DNA of 63,325 nucleotides, filler included, from Hyphochytrium catenoides (taxonomy: Eukaryota; Protista; Hyphochytriomycota), in the NCBI GenBank assembly GCA_900088475.1. It is 7 parts of 7 records of this genome, joined end to end, with 100 filler letters (N's around TTAATTAATTAA, not from the genome) between each part and the next. Parts side by side here need not be neighbours in the genome. Positions count along the whole stretch, not along the records: positions 9,136 to 12,467 come from FLMG01002614.1; positions 12,568 to 22,773 come from FLMG01002710.1; positions 22,874 to 39,186 come from FLMG01004711.1; 4 more parts are not named here. One strand, written 5' to 3'. Each line of letters opens with the position of its first letter. Position 1 is the stretch's first letter. Under the pieces are notes generated by a model, which worked only from the letters and a program-made list of their open reading frames with translations, was not told where the DNA came from and made no database searches. Made by a program: the position numbers and the translations under genes. This document shows positions 12,398 to 23,688 of this stretch, in pieces.

Positions 12398-13715
12398 CTG
12401 TTAAATGAATGACGATGAGTGATGGCGAATAATGACAGTCTTAACCTTGGTAGACACAAAGAGGGGGNNNNNNNNNNNNNNNNNNNNNNNNNNNNNNNNN
12501 NNNNNNNNNNNTTAATTAATTAANNNNNNNNNNNNNNNNNNNNNNNNNNNNNNNNNNNNNNNNNNNNCTCTCTCTCTCTCTTTCTCTCTTTTCCCTTCTC
12601 TCTCCACTGTGTGTCACTATGTCCGCCCTCTGTCTCCCTTCCCAAAAGAAGAAGGAGGGATAAGACATACAACTCATTGATCCTTCTATTTCTGTGTACT
12701 TTTTTACTTTTCATTCTCTCTCTCTCTCTCTCTGTCTGCCTCCCTGGGGCTCTCTGCCTAATCTCTTTGCTCCCGATCTCTAACTATCTTGCTCTCTTTC
12801 TCTTATTCCCTCTCTCTCTCTCCGTCTCTGTCTGTCGCTTTTTCCGTTCTCTACCTGTCTTTCATCCTGTAGGCACGCATCTGGCTCTATTATTATTTTC
12901 TACCAAATTTCCACAAAGATTCGGGAACCAGCTGCTAACGGCTATGTTCAACCCAACCACCGTGAGTCATGTTAAGAACTAGCTTAGGAATATTCTGTAT
13001 ATATTGGATTTTGCGTTTAGGAATATACTCCAAGCTATTGGTGAGATGCAGTGTTTTAAACCGCCTGATTCTTGATGATGAGTGTTCTGTTTCCAACCAG
13101 TCATTCCCTTCACCACCACACATTTCTGTCTCTCTTTCTGTCTCTCTCTCTCTGTGTTTCTCTCTCTCTGTCTCTCTCTCTCTGTGTTTCTCTCTCTCTG
13201 TCTCTCTCTCTCTGTTTTTTTCTCTTCCTCTCTCTTCCTCTCCCTCTTCTCTTTGTCTCTCTCTCTCTTGTTCTCTATAATCTGTTTCGCTATCTGTGTG
13301 TCTAGCTCACTGCTTACTCTCTTTCTCTCTTTCTCTGTCTTCCCATTGCCACCATGCATCTCTCTCTCTCCCTCTCTCTCTCCTCTCTCTTTTGGTCTCT
13401 GTCTCACTCCCCAACAAAAAGTTAGCTAGCGACCAAGCGGCCGCTGACCTTGAAAGGAGAAGCTTTGGCATCTGCAGCGGCCTCAAATCTTCATTTCTCT
13501 GTCTGGATCAGGTAATCGTGAGACCAGCAAGATCTCGTAAGTACATAGCACACAGACAAACCGCGCTCTCTTCTGTTGACTTCTATTCCTCTCTCTCTCT
13601 CTCTCTTCCTCTTTTCCTCTCTCTCAGATACTTTCTCTCTCTCTCTCTTCTCAACTCTCGATCGCCTCCCGTCTCTTGACACTCTTTGTTTCTCCCTGCG
13701 CAGCCCTCGTCCAGA

Positions 13716-14329
13716 ATGTCACTTCAGAAGGCCAAGGCTTTTGAGTCCGAAGAGGCTCGGGTGCACCGCATCCGCATCACTCTCACCAGCCGCAATGTAA
13801 AGAACCTCGAGAAGGGTAAGCCGAGGGAACTCTTCTTCCGACATCTCACCACAGAAGACGAGAGCGCCTGGTTAAGAGAGAGAGAAAGAAAGAGAGAGAG
13901 AGAGAGATTGTCTTCTTTCTTCTATCGCCTGCATGTGTCGTCGCTGGACACTCGCGACAGAGACGATTTGCTTTCTCTATGGTTAGCATGTAGGAAAAGC
14001 TCGGGCTTTAAGACTTGTACATCTCTCTTTTTTGCTTATCTCTCTCTTCTTTCTCTCTCTCTCTCTCTCTAGTCTGCGGCGACCTCAAGCGCTCCGCTGT
14101 GGACAAGCAGCTCAAGGTCTCTGGCCCTGTGCGTCTCCCCACCAAGATCCTCCGCATCACCACCAGGAAGTCTCCTTGCGGTAACGGTACTGAGACCTGG
14201 GACAGATTTGAGATGCGCATCCACAAGCGTATCATCGACCTCTACTCTCCCTCTGAGGTCGTCAAGCAGATCACTTCCATCAACATCGAGCCTGGTGTGG
14301 AGGTGGAGGTGACCATCGCTGACAACTAA
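13716..14329 (+). CDS. RPS20: 40S ribosomal protein S20 (uS10); exons 13716-13815 and 14073-14329
   Basis: [17 protein letters not shown]|VCGDLKR...GPVRLPTK...RKSPCG...IHKRIIDL...[12 protein letters not shown]. The GTAAG...TAG intron is in phase. A probable 5'-UTR intron ends at ~13703. Confidence 0.98.
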
Positions 14330-14794
14330 GCGAGAGACACAGAGAGAGAGAGAGAAGGATATGTGGGGCGTGGAAAGGAATAAATGAGGGGCCTTCCTTC
14401 TTAATACTTATGTCTTACCCTTTTTCTCTCTCCGTCCTAGATCCTCGCTCTCCCTCTCTTTCCGTCCGACCCCTGTCTCTTTATCTGCAGAGACTTATGG
14501 CAGGTGGTCTTTCTAATCTTACTGTCCTAAAACGATGCGAGTCCTCTTCTTTCCTGCTCTCCGACGTCATGAATCCTCCGGATAATGCAGAGTCTCTTTC
14601 TGTCTCTTTTGCTCTGCGGAGGGCTACGTCTTGTCACTTCTCTTTGCGGTCGTTGCGTCGCATTGCTGTATGGACTGTTCTCTTTCGTAATCCTCTCTTG
14701 ACTCTCTCTCTTTCTAAGTCTCTCTTGATTGTCTCGTGAGACTCTCTCTCTCTCTGTGAGTTCTATGGGAAGCGGCCCAAGCACCAGTGTCTCA

Positions 14795-14874
14795 TGCCCA
14801 GATGATTATATCTTCGTTGTTTACCAAGATCTGCTCTGAATCTTATTGAAGACAACTCACAACGATGATGGGCG
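14795..14874 (+). ncRNA. Box C/D snoRNA, predicted LSU rRNA 2'-O-methylation guide
   Basis: Terminal stem TGCCCA/TGGGCG; C box ATGATTA 14802-14808; guide ACCAAGATCTGC 14823-14834, complementary to the conserved LSU motif GCAGAUCUUGGU; D' CTGA 14836-14839; C' TTGAAGA 14846-14852; D box ATGA 14865-14868; extended flanking stem 14768-14794/14879-14904. Confidence 0.75.
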
Positions 14875-15519
14875 ATACTGAGACCTGGTACTGGGCTGCC
14901 TTCCGCTGTCCTCTCTTTGTCACTCTCTTGTCTCTAAGAAGGGGCGGCCACTAGTCTTGATGATGAAAGGAAAGTAGGGAAGAGACGTTCTTCTCAATCT
15001 CTTCCAGCATTTGGAAGTGTTGAGGCTATTAGCTAAAGGGGAGAGAGACATTTTGCATTTGAGTCGTTGAGATCTAGTCAGGACAAGAGAGGAGAAAAAA
15101 GCAGAAGAGGAAGGGAAGTTGCATCGCTAGAAACCTCTGCATTCGTCTTTCTTTGTTCTTTGTTAGTGCTTTCTGCCTTTCACCTCTTCTCTCTCTCCGG
15201 GCAAATCACTTTGTTGACACACGTGCTCTGTGGCCGATGGACGGTTATAGAGACACATTACTTTGAGCATCCGTATACATAAGGTTTAATATGCAGCCAG
15301 CCCCGTGAGTTACTATAATACTCCCTCTCTTCGTTCGATCATTGTCTCTCTCTCTCTCTCCTTCGTGCCTTCACCTCCTCCGTCTAGCTTATATTCCACC
15401 GCTAAGCTGGCACTGTCTCTTCTCTTCTCAAATGTGCTCCACTATCCTTCGCTTATGCTGTCTCTTTAGCACTGTTGTCTTTAGTTCAGGAAATGTCCTT
15501 GCTTTTCGCTCATCGCCCT

Positions 15520-16848
15520 TTAAGAGGAGCAGGTAACCTTTAGGCAGCGCGCCCATTTGGGCCGCTCCGCGAAGTCCTTCTGTCCAGCAACTTCATCGTA
15601 TGGCGACTCTAGAAGGTGGACAAGCTTTTGCACCTCTTCACTCTTGCCAGCCTGAACCAGATCGGTCAAATCGGAGAGAGAAGGAGAGCGAAGAAGAGGA
15701 TCCTAAGGTCGTGAAGAAATAGGGAGGTTCTCACTCAGGCGATACGCAGGAGAGACATATATATAGAGAAAGTAGGAGAGGCGAGCACCGCCTGACAGCT
15801 TCTAGGGAAATCGGGAAGAGAGCTAACAAGCAGAGCAGTAAACCGCAGAAGACGACGGTGTTAACCGAGAAGAAGAGATGAACGAGAGAGAGAGGAACGG
15901 CAAGGAGTAGGAACGCCAAAAAAAAATGAGCTGCGCACCGCTGCCGCTTCGATAGCCTGCTGGGCAATAAAGTTTCTCAGTATAAAGCGGGGGTTGGCTC
16001 TCTTCATTCTCTCCAAGCGCGCGGCTCTTAGCGCTTCTACGCCCTCTCCACTCATTCCTTCGGCCTCAGAAGCCAAGCGCCGGCGATACTTCAGCAGCCA
16101 CTCAACCCAGACCTGAGGGCGGAGAGGTTAAAGGAGGTACGCAGGGAAGAAGCGAAGGTCCAAACAGAAGACGAGGAGGCGAGTGATAAGGAGGAGAACG
16201 AAAGAGAGAGACGGACAAGAAAAAAGAAAGGAGAGAGAAAGAGTGAACCAAGGAAAAGGACGAAGCGAGAATGGATGGAAAAGAGAAGAGAGAGAATAGC
16301 AAGAGATTGAGTTAAGACATAGACAATGGATTGAACTAGATCAAGACAGAAAGATGCTGAGCACTGGGAAGCGGATGTAGAAGTGAGGATGTAGAAGTGA
16401 GGAGAGAGACCATCGACCAAGAGAGAAAATAAATAAGAAGGACCAGTCTTTGTGTGCCCTAAGTTTCTTAGAAGAGATAGTTACCTTTCTATCTGCTTCC
16501 ATCTTCTGTTCCTGAGTCACATTTCTCCATTTCCTTCTCTTCTCCAATCGCTTAACTTCATCCTCGACAAAGGCCACACTGAGACCGAGCTCCTCCAAGA
16601 CGGCTGGGCGCTGCTGGGCCCATTGCATCTAAGTTGCAGGAAGTTAAGGGAAGAGAAAGACATGGATATCGAGCTGTCCCCGAATCGTCCTCTCTCCTTG
16701 TCTTCTAATGCTAAACCTTCCCTTTCTCGTTACTGCTCTGCATTCCTTTCCGCACCCCGTTTTCACGTTTCTGCCTGTCTCACATAAGCTCTCTCCCTCC
16801 CACCCCTCCCTGTCTCTCTTCCGCTCTACCGCTCTCTCTCTCTCTCTT

Positions 16849-16893
<45 letters not shown>

Positions 16894-18411
16894 AATCTCT
16901 CTTTCTCTAATCCATCGCGACTCCTTTGAGCTTGTCCTTCGATTGTCTTACCAGGACAAAGATCTTCTCTTCAGGGACCTGCGGCTTGTACCGGAGACGG
17001 AAATCCTCAAACGGCTGCAGATTGCTCATAATCACATCTACGGCAGCCTTCACATCCTGAGGCACTTCTCCCTCGGTCTCTTTCTCTCCACTGCCATTGA
17101 GTTCTCCGTCAGTTCCCCCAGCAGGAATCTCTATCCTAGAAAGAGCAAGGAATGTCTTCGTGAAGTCACTCCCTGTGTCCTCCATGGCTTCAAACAGAGA
17201 GGTAAAAAGCCAATAATCTTCAGAATTGGCGGAACTGAGCCCCAGCTTGTGCCTTAGAATCTCCGAATACTTTGCCTGGAAAAGCTCATCGAACTTCTTC
17301 ACTGCTTCCTTTGCCTTCTGAGGATCCAGCAGAGGCTCTAGCTGCTCTGCAAGAACCTCGCAGTTCCATTTGCAGATCTCAGGCTGTCGCTTGTAGGTGT
17401 ACCGACCATGGTGGTCAGAGCCGTTGCAGATAAACTCTGGGTCAAAATATTCCTAGACATATTGTCAGAGGGCCAGTCATTTTGAAATTACCGAAGAGAG
17501 AGAGAGAGAGTCACAAAGAGAAAAAAGAAACAGTTCGAGAGAGAGGGAGCAAAGAGAACGAGGGAAAGAAAGGTTGAGACAGAACGCGACGAGATCTTAT
17601 TGGACTCAAACAGAAAGCTTGGAAGACAGATAAGTCTTTTGACAGCCTTCAAAGAAGGCTAACCGCTAGCTAGGGCTGCTAGACAGGAAAAGAGAGGAAG
17701 AGGGCTGATAGACAGGAAAAGAAGGAAGAAGGAGATCCTCGAGTAAGTGGTGCGCAGCTTTCTTCCTTCTTACCATGAACGCGAAAGGCCCGTAGTCCAC
17801 CGTTAGGCCTATGATGCTCATGTTATCGGTGTTCAGCACGCCGTGACAGAAGCCCACTGTCTGCCAGTGAGCCACTAAGTGAGCCGTTCTTTCCACAAGC
17901 TCAGAGAAGAAGAGAGAGTACTTGTCTTCCTCCTGCAGGTCTGAGCGGTTCCAAATATGAGGGTAGAAAGTCTCTACCACGTAGTCGAGAAGAAGCTTTT
18001 TCAGGTTCTCTTTCTCAGGATGATTCCAACTGGGCCCACTCCTACCGGTCTTCTCATCAGGCTCTTTAAATATCTCAAACGATCCGAACCTAGCCCAAGA
18101 GCAGAGAGAACGAGCGAAGACACGAGAGAAAGTTAAACCCCAAACGAGGGAAAGAGAAAGTGAGAGAGAGAGAGAGGAGAGAGCAAAGGGTGAGAATAAG
18201 CAAGAAAGAAAGACAGGGACAGATCTTTTGGAGCAGCGATTGACCAACGGGCGCCACTCATGGACTTTAAAAGAGAGGTTCCGGCGCAACGAGCTCTTCC
18301 CCAATTCTGGAGAAATGGATAGAGCTACGGAGAGAGAGACAGAGAGAGAGAGAGAGAGACAGAGAGAGACAGAGAGAGAAAGACAGAGAGAGAGACAGAA
18401 GGAGAGAGACA

Positions 18412-18444
<33 letters not shown>

Positions 18445-20098
18445 GGACAGAGAGAGAGACAGAGAGGGAGAGAGAGAAAAAGGAGAAGAAAGTATCCCAA
18501 CAAGGCCATGCCTCTCTCTTCTCCTTCGTCTCCTCACCTAATAAAAGTAGGTGCAATCCTCGTGATGATGGTGATGGGCTCCTGGATGACTCTTCCGTCA
18601 TAATAAGGATCTCTCGCCACGGTGCTCTCACTCTTAACAATGGTTCCAGCTCGAGTGGTTGGCACACCAAGAGAGAACATCGCCTCACTGCAGAGAAACT
18701 CACGAAGAGACGAGCGGAGAACCTTTCTCCCGTCTGCGTGTCTGGAGTAAGGCGTCGGACCTGCGCCTTTGAACTGAAGTTCCCACCGCTCATTCTTGGA
18801 GTTGATGACCTCGCCCAGATACATCGCAGCGCCGTCTCCTAACTGCTCAGAGAACAGCAGAAGAGAGAAAAGACAGCGGAAGGAAAAAGAGAGAGTAACA
18901 AAGAAGAGAGAGAAATAAAGAGATTATGAGCTGCAGAGATGACGGAGTCCAGTTTAAAAGTTCCTATGGCGCGCTCCAATCGGCTGGAACTTGGTCCCTC
19001 TGAAGGATATCGCCTAGTGGGCTTTGTCTCTCTCTTTTCGAATCTTTCCTTCTCTATTCTCCTTTTCTCTTTCTTCGCTCTCTTATGATCTCTCTCTCTT
19101 CCCCTCTTTCTCTCTCCAACCGCCGCCTGCCCTCTTCTTCTCTCTCCCTCAAGTGTTTCCAGTCCGCGTTACCTGGCCAGAGAAGAAGCCAAACTGGTGT
19201 CCACAATAACAGTGCGCAGCCGGCTCCGACCCAGGGAGAAGCTGATTTCCTGAGAAATACTCGGCGGCCTTCTCTCTCTCTTCCACGACTGATCTCGGGT
19301 CAATGTCCAGCAGCTGAAGCGCCGCCGGACTGAAGGCTACCAGCTGAGGATTTTTCACAGGCCCAGGAGACACGCGAGAGAAGAACGCGCCTGGAACCTA
19401 GAGAGATTGAGAGAGAAGTTATGATTTAGCCTGTCTCGGGGAGAAAGAGAGAGAGAGAGAGGGAGAGAGAAAGAGAGAAGAAGGCTGGGGCATCCGAGGA
19501 CGGGTCGCCAAGACAGTGAACCAGGAAAGACAAATGAATTAACGACCGTCAGGAAAAAAAGTTAAATGAGGAACGGCAGCGGGGCATTAAAAGAGAGGAC
19601 GAGAGAGGACGAGAGACGCAACGAGGAATGCAGGAGAGACATTAATGGACAGAGACAAAAGAGGAGACCCCAAAAGCGCCCTGGGGGAGATAGAGAAGGA
19701 GAAAGCAAGAGAGAGGGAGAGAGAGCAAGAGAGAGAAAGAAAGACAGAGAGACAAAGAGAGAAGAGAAAGAGAGAGAGAGAGAGAGAGAAGGGGGAGAGA
19801 GCGAGAGAGAGAGAGAAAGAGCGAGAGAAAGAGAGAGAGCTCAGAAAAAAAAAGGGTTTACCTTGGACCTAATATAGTTCTCCTGGATAGGATCAAGGGG
19901 TAATCTCCTCAGTGCAAGGTTGTCAAAGCGCAGGTCATCAAAGCGCCGCAGCTTTGCCATCCCATCGCTTCTCTCTCTCTCTAAAGAGCTGTTCTCAGGC
20001 ACAGGAGCTTCTCCCATCCGCGCTGCCATGGTGCTGCTCACTCTCTGGATCTGTCGGCTGGTGCTCTGCGTCAGGTTCCTTACCAAGACTCTTTGCAT
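15520..20098 (-). CDS. SELENOO: SelO-family protein adenylyltransferase (pseudokinase fold), Cys-type, multi-exon, probably mitochondrial
   Basis: [12 protein letters not shown]|[49 protein letters not shown]|[29 protein letters not shown] and NPRFILRN. The C-terminus is RCLKVTCSS followed by TAA at 15520-15522. The N-terminus is Arg/Ser-rich, like a presequence. Confidence 0.95.
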
Positions 20099-21164
20099 AC
20101 CGCTTCGGACGCGGCAGGCTGTGATGTTGATATCAGACCAAAGGTATCTGGACGCTCTCCTCTCTCTTTTCTCTCTCTCTCTCGTCTTTCTCTCTCTCTC
20201 GTCTCTCTCTCTCTTTCCCTCTCTCTCCCTTCTAAGCCGAAGAGTGCGCCTCTTTCCACTGTAAGTGCAAAACAAAGAGACCTGTCATTGGTTTGTAAAG
20301 GCAAAAGGAGATGTGAACAGTCGAAGAGAATCGTCAGCAAAACGACCAAGGAAGCGCGGCAAGCGTGTTGAAGCAAGAGTCGCAAGGATAGGCATAGAAA
20401 GAGACAAGGGGGAGGGGACAGAGAGAGAGAGAGACAGGGAGAGAGAGAGTGGAAGGAGAGAGAAAGGACATCCTGCGATGTGATTCTTTGATCGCTCTCC
20501 ACTGTTCCTCCCAGTTCCTTCTGATCGCAACCCCTGGGGGAGGTCAGACGGGTCACGTGCCCGTGTGATTGGGAATAAAAGAGATAAAACATTGTGCCAT
20601 TCATAATAAATAGTATTTCGTTCTCAATCCGTGCAATGGAGGTTCTGATGGGTGTTTCAACCCCGCACAGATGAGGGAAGAGAGGGGAGAGAGNNNNNNN
20701 NNNNNNNNNNNNNNNNNNNNNNNNNNNNNNNNNGAGAGAGAGAGAGAGAGAGAACAAGAACGAGAGGAGCCGAAAGGAGAGGGAGGGAGAGGGACACAAA
20801 TGGGGGAGCGAAGGGAGAGTGAGGGAGAGTGACAAAGGGAAGAGAGAGAGAGAGAGAGAGAGAGAAGAGAGAGGCAAAGAGGGAAGGAGGAGAGAGAGAG
20901 ACAAAGACGAGAGGGGAAGGAGAGAAGAGGAGAGAAAAGGTAGAGCAAGGGCCACATCGTTGATGAAAGAAGTGCTTAGCGAGGGTCATTCGCTGGATCT
21001 GAAACGCGGCATCCATCAGAGAAGAGAGTTGCTCCTTAAGAGAACCAGAGAGAGAGAGAGAGAGAGCAGAGAGAGAGAGAGAGTTCCGGCTATTGTTTGT
21101 TGATTATGTTCTAGGGAGAAAAGAGAGCTTCTAGCTCTTGACTTCTCTCTGTCTCTCTCCTGCC

Positions 21165-21366
21165 ATGCGCCGCGCAGGAGGACTTCCCGTTCTCTCTCTC
21201 TTCCGTGCTGTGAAGCGGCGCGCTCCTGTTGGTGGAAGAGAAGTATCGGAAAAGCCAGAACCTGTCTCTTCTGACTCTCCGCCGCCCCATGTCCCTGTGA
21301 TGGTCCAGGAGGTAGGTGACTGGGAGCGTCACCAAGGAAAGAGAGACAGAGAGAGAGAGGGAGAGA

Positions 21367-21398
<32 letters not shown>

Positions 21399-22773
21399 CA
21401 TATGCCGGGGCTGTCCATTCTTATGTCTTCTTTGTCCAGATCGAGGATTCCTCTCTGACCGGCTAAAGGGGCCCCTATGTCTCTTCTCCTCCTTCTCTTC
21501 ACTCTCTTTCTCACTCTCTCTCTCTCTCTCTCACTCTCTCCGTCTGTTCTCTCTCTCCTTGTCTTCGATCTCTCTCTCTCCGTCTCTCCCTACCTTTCTC
21601 TCTCTCTCTCCCTCTCAGGTGCTGGAGGGCTTAATCACGGCAGCGCATGGCTCTGTCTCATCTCCTCTTTATATAGACGGCACAGCAGGCTTTGGAGGTC
21701 ACACCAGGGCGATCCTCGAGAGAGAGAAGCGAAGCAGGGTTCTCTGCATTGACAGAGACAAGGAGGTAAACCCTAGCGGAACAGTGCTGCAAGGTCTCTT
21801 GACGTGTTACCTCTTCTTTCATTCCCCTCTTTCTCTCTCTTTCTCTCTCTCTTTCTCTCATGCCTTTCCTCTCTCTCTATACATATATCTTCCTTTGTTC
21901 TTTATCTGATTGTCAATCTTAGGACTCCACGCTGTAGGTCTAACAATTAGGCTCTTCTCTCTTCCCACTATCCTTGTCCGGTTTTCTCTCTCTCTCTCTC
22001 CCTTTCTCTCTCTCTCTCTCTCTCTCTCNNNNNNNNNNNNNNNNNNNNNNNNNNNNNNNNNNNNNNNNNNNNNNNNNNNNNNNNNNNNNNNNNNNNNNNN
22101 NNNNNNNNNNNNNNNNNNNNNNNNNNNNCTCGAGTCGTCTTCTCTTCTGGCTCCTACGCCGACCTGGCGCAGCATCTGGAGAAGAGCGGCTTGGGAGGAG
22201 AGAGAGCGCAGGGCATTTTGCTGGATCTCGGGGCGAACAGGTGAGCTAAACGGAGCGAGTGCCTCTTCTGCGTGTCTCCTCTGTCTCTCTTCCTCTCTCT
22301 CTCTCTTCTCTCACCGACTTTCTCTTCCCACACCCGCACTGTCTTTTTTTGCTTTCATCTCTCCTTTGGTGGTCTCTCGTATAATTTTCATGCCACAAAA
22401 ACGGAGGGAAACTGTCAAGCTTCTCTTTCGTTTGCTCTCTTCCTCTCTCTCTGTCTCTCTTTCATGTTCTCCTTCTGCCAAATTCTCTCTCTATTTTTAC
22501 TTCTCCCTCCTCTTCTCTCCCCCCGCCCCCCCTCTCTCTCTGCTTCTGCTCTCTCTTTCTCTCATTCCTCACTCTCTCTTGGCTCTTTTTCTGTCTTTCT
22601 TCACTCTCTTCTCTCTCTCCTTCTCTACATTGTTGTCTCTTGCCATCTTTACCCATCATACATCTCTCTCTCTCTCTTCTTCACCCTTCAGTGAGCAGTT
22701 GACGGCTGCCTCTCGCGGCTTCAGCTTTAGAGAGGCGGGAGAGTTGGACATGAGGTTCGACCGCGCTGACGTC
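21165..22773 (+). CDS. rsmH: RsmH/MraW (METTL15-like) rRNA m4C methyltransferase; 3'-truncated at contig end
   Basis: HVPVMVQE|V, YIDGTAGFGGHTRAIL, CIDRDKE, GILLDLGAN|SEQL, RGFSFREAGELDMRFD across at least 4 exons. Confidence 0.92.
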
Positions 22774-23267
22774 NNNNNNNNNNNNNNNNNNNNNNNNNNN
22801 NNNNNNNNNNNNNNNNNTTAATTAATTAANNNNNNNNNNNNNNNNNNNNNNNNNNNNNNNNNNNNNNNNNNNNGCAGAGGTTGAAGTGAGAGCCAGAATT
22901 GGTCATACCCCACCAACCAGACAGTTATCATAAGATCTGATTTATCAAGTAAAATCTCTTCTAGGTATTTGATAAAGCTAGCAGAACTGATAGAGCTTAA
23001 TGGTAAGTGATAACTACAATTTTGATTCTTTGTCCCACCCCGATGACGTCTTGAGCATTCGGCGCCAGCGTTTCTCTTGTCAGACGAAGAGAACCCACCA
23101 GCAAGCCACCTCTAGAGCCGTTGCTCAGCCAAGGCTTGCTCTGACTGCCAGCTGAACAGAGAGAAGAGAGAACTTGGAGATGGAGACAGCCAGCAGACGC
23201 GAAGCAGAAGGAGAGAGAACGATTCGGACACGACAGAAAGGAGCAGAGAAGAGAGCGAACGAAAGAA

Positions 23268-23336
<69 letters not shown>

Positions 23337-23688
23337 CACTCTAGTGTTCTCCAGTAGCGATCTCATGCAGTTCCCTCGCGACCCATCTCATGTTACTTCC
23401 ACTGTCAAGGTGATCAAGAGTGCACAATGCTCGGGGCAGCGTCGTCTTGGGGCCCAAAGAGGATCACGCGTCACCCTTTCTGTCAGCAAGTATATTGACA
23501 AGCCTCATAATTATCGTCTGGATGCCCTCATCAAAGCTCTGCTAAATCTTCAGATTGACCTTGCCATCTCACTAATCCCAGATGAAGCTCCAGCAGCCAC
23601 ACCGCCGCTAGGGCAACAGGATATACCACAGTAGTGCTGGCCTGGCAAACAAGTATTAGAAAGCACTAAGAGTGCTAGGAGACGACAA

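Noticed and set aside
12568-13110. Possible exons of a + strand gene (AG at ~12871, GTGAGT at ~12962) and a TGATGA at ~13074
   Set aside because: No recognisable protein motif in any frame, and no D box or terminal stem for a snoRNA.
14768-15531. SelO as a selenoprotein with the downstream hairpin as its SECIS
   Set aside because: The codon at the Sec position is TGC (Cys), followed by SS and TAA. The hairpin's boxes are on the opposite strand and fit a C/D snoRNA.
17666-22821. ORFs rich in SLSLSL or ERERER here and throughout contigs 3, 6 and 7
   Set aside because: They are translations of intronic or intergenic (CT)n/(GA)n microsatellites. The internal N runs are scaffold gaps within them.
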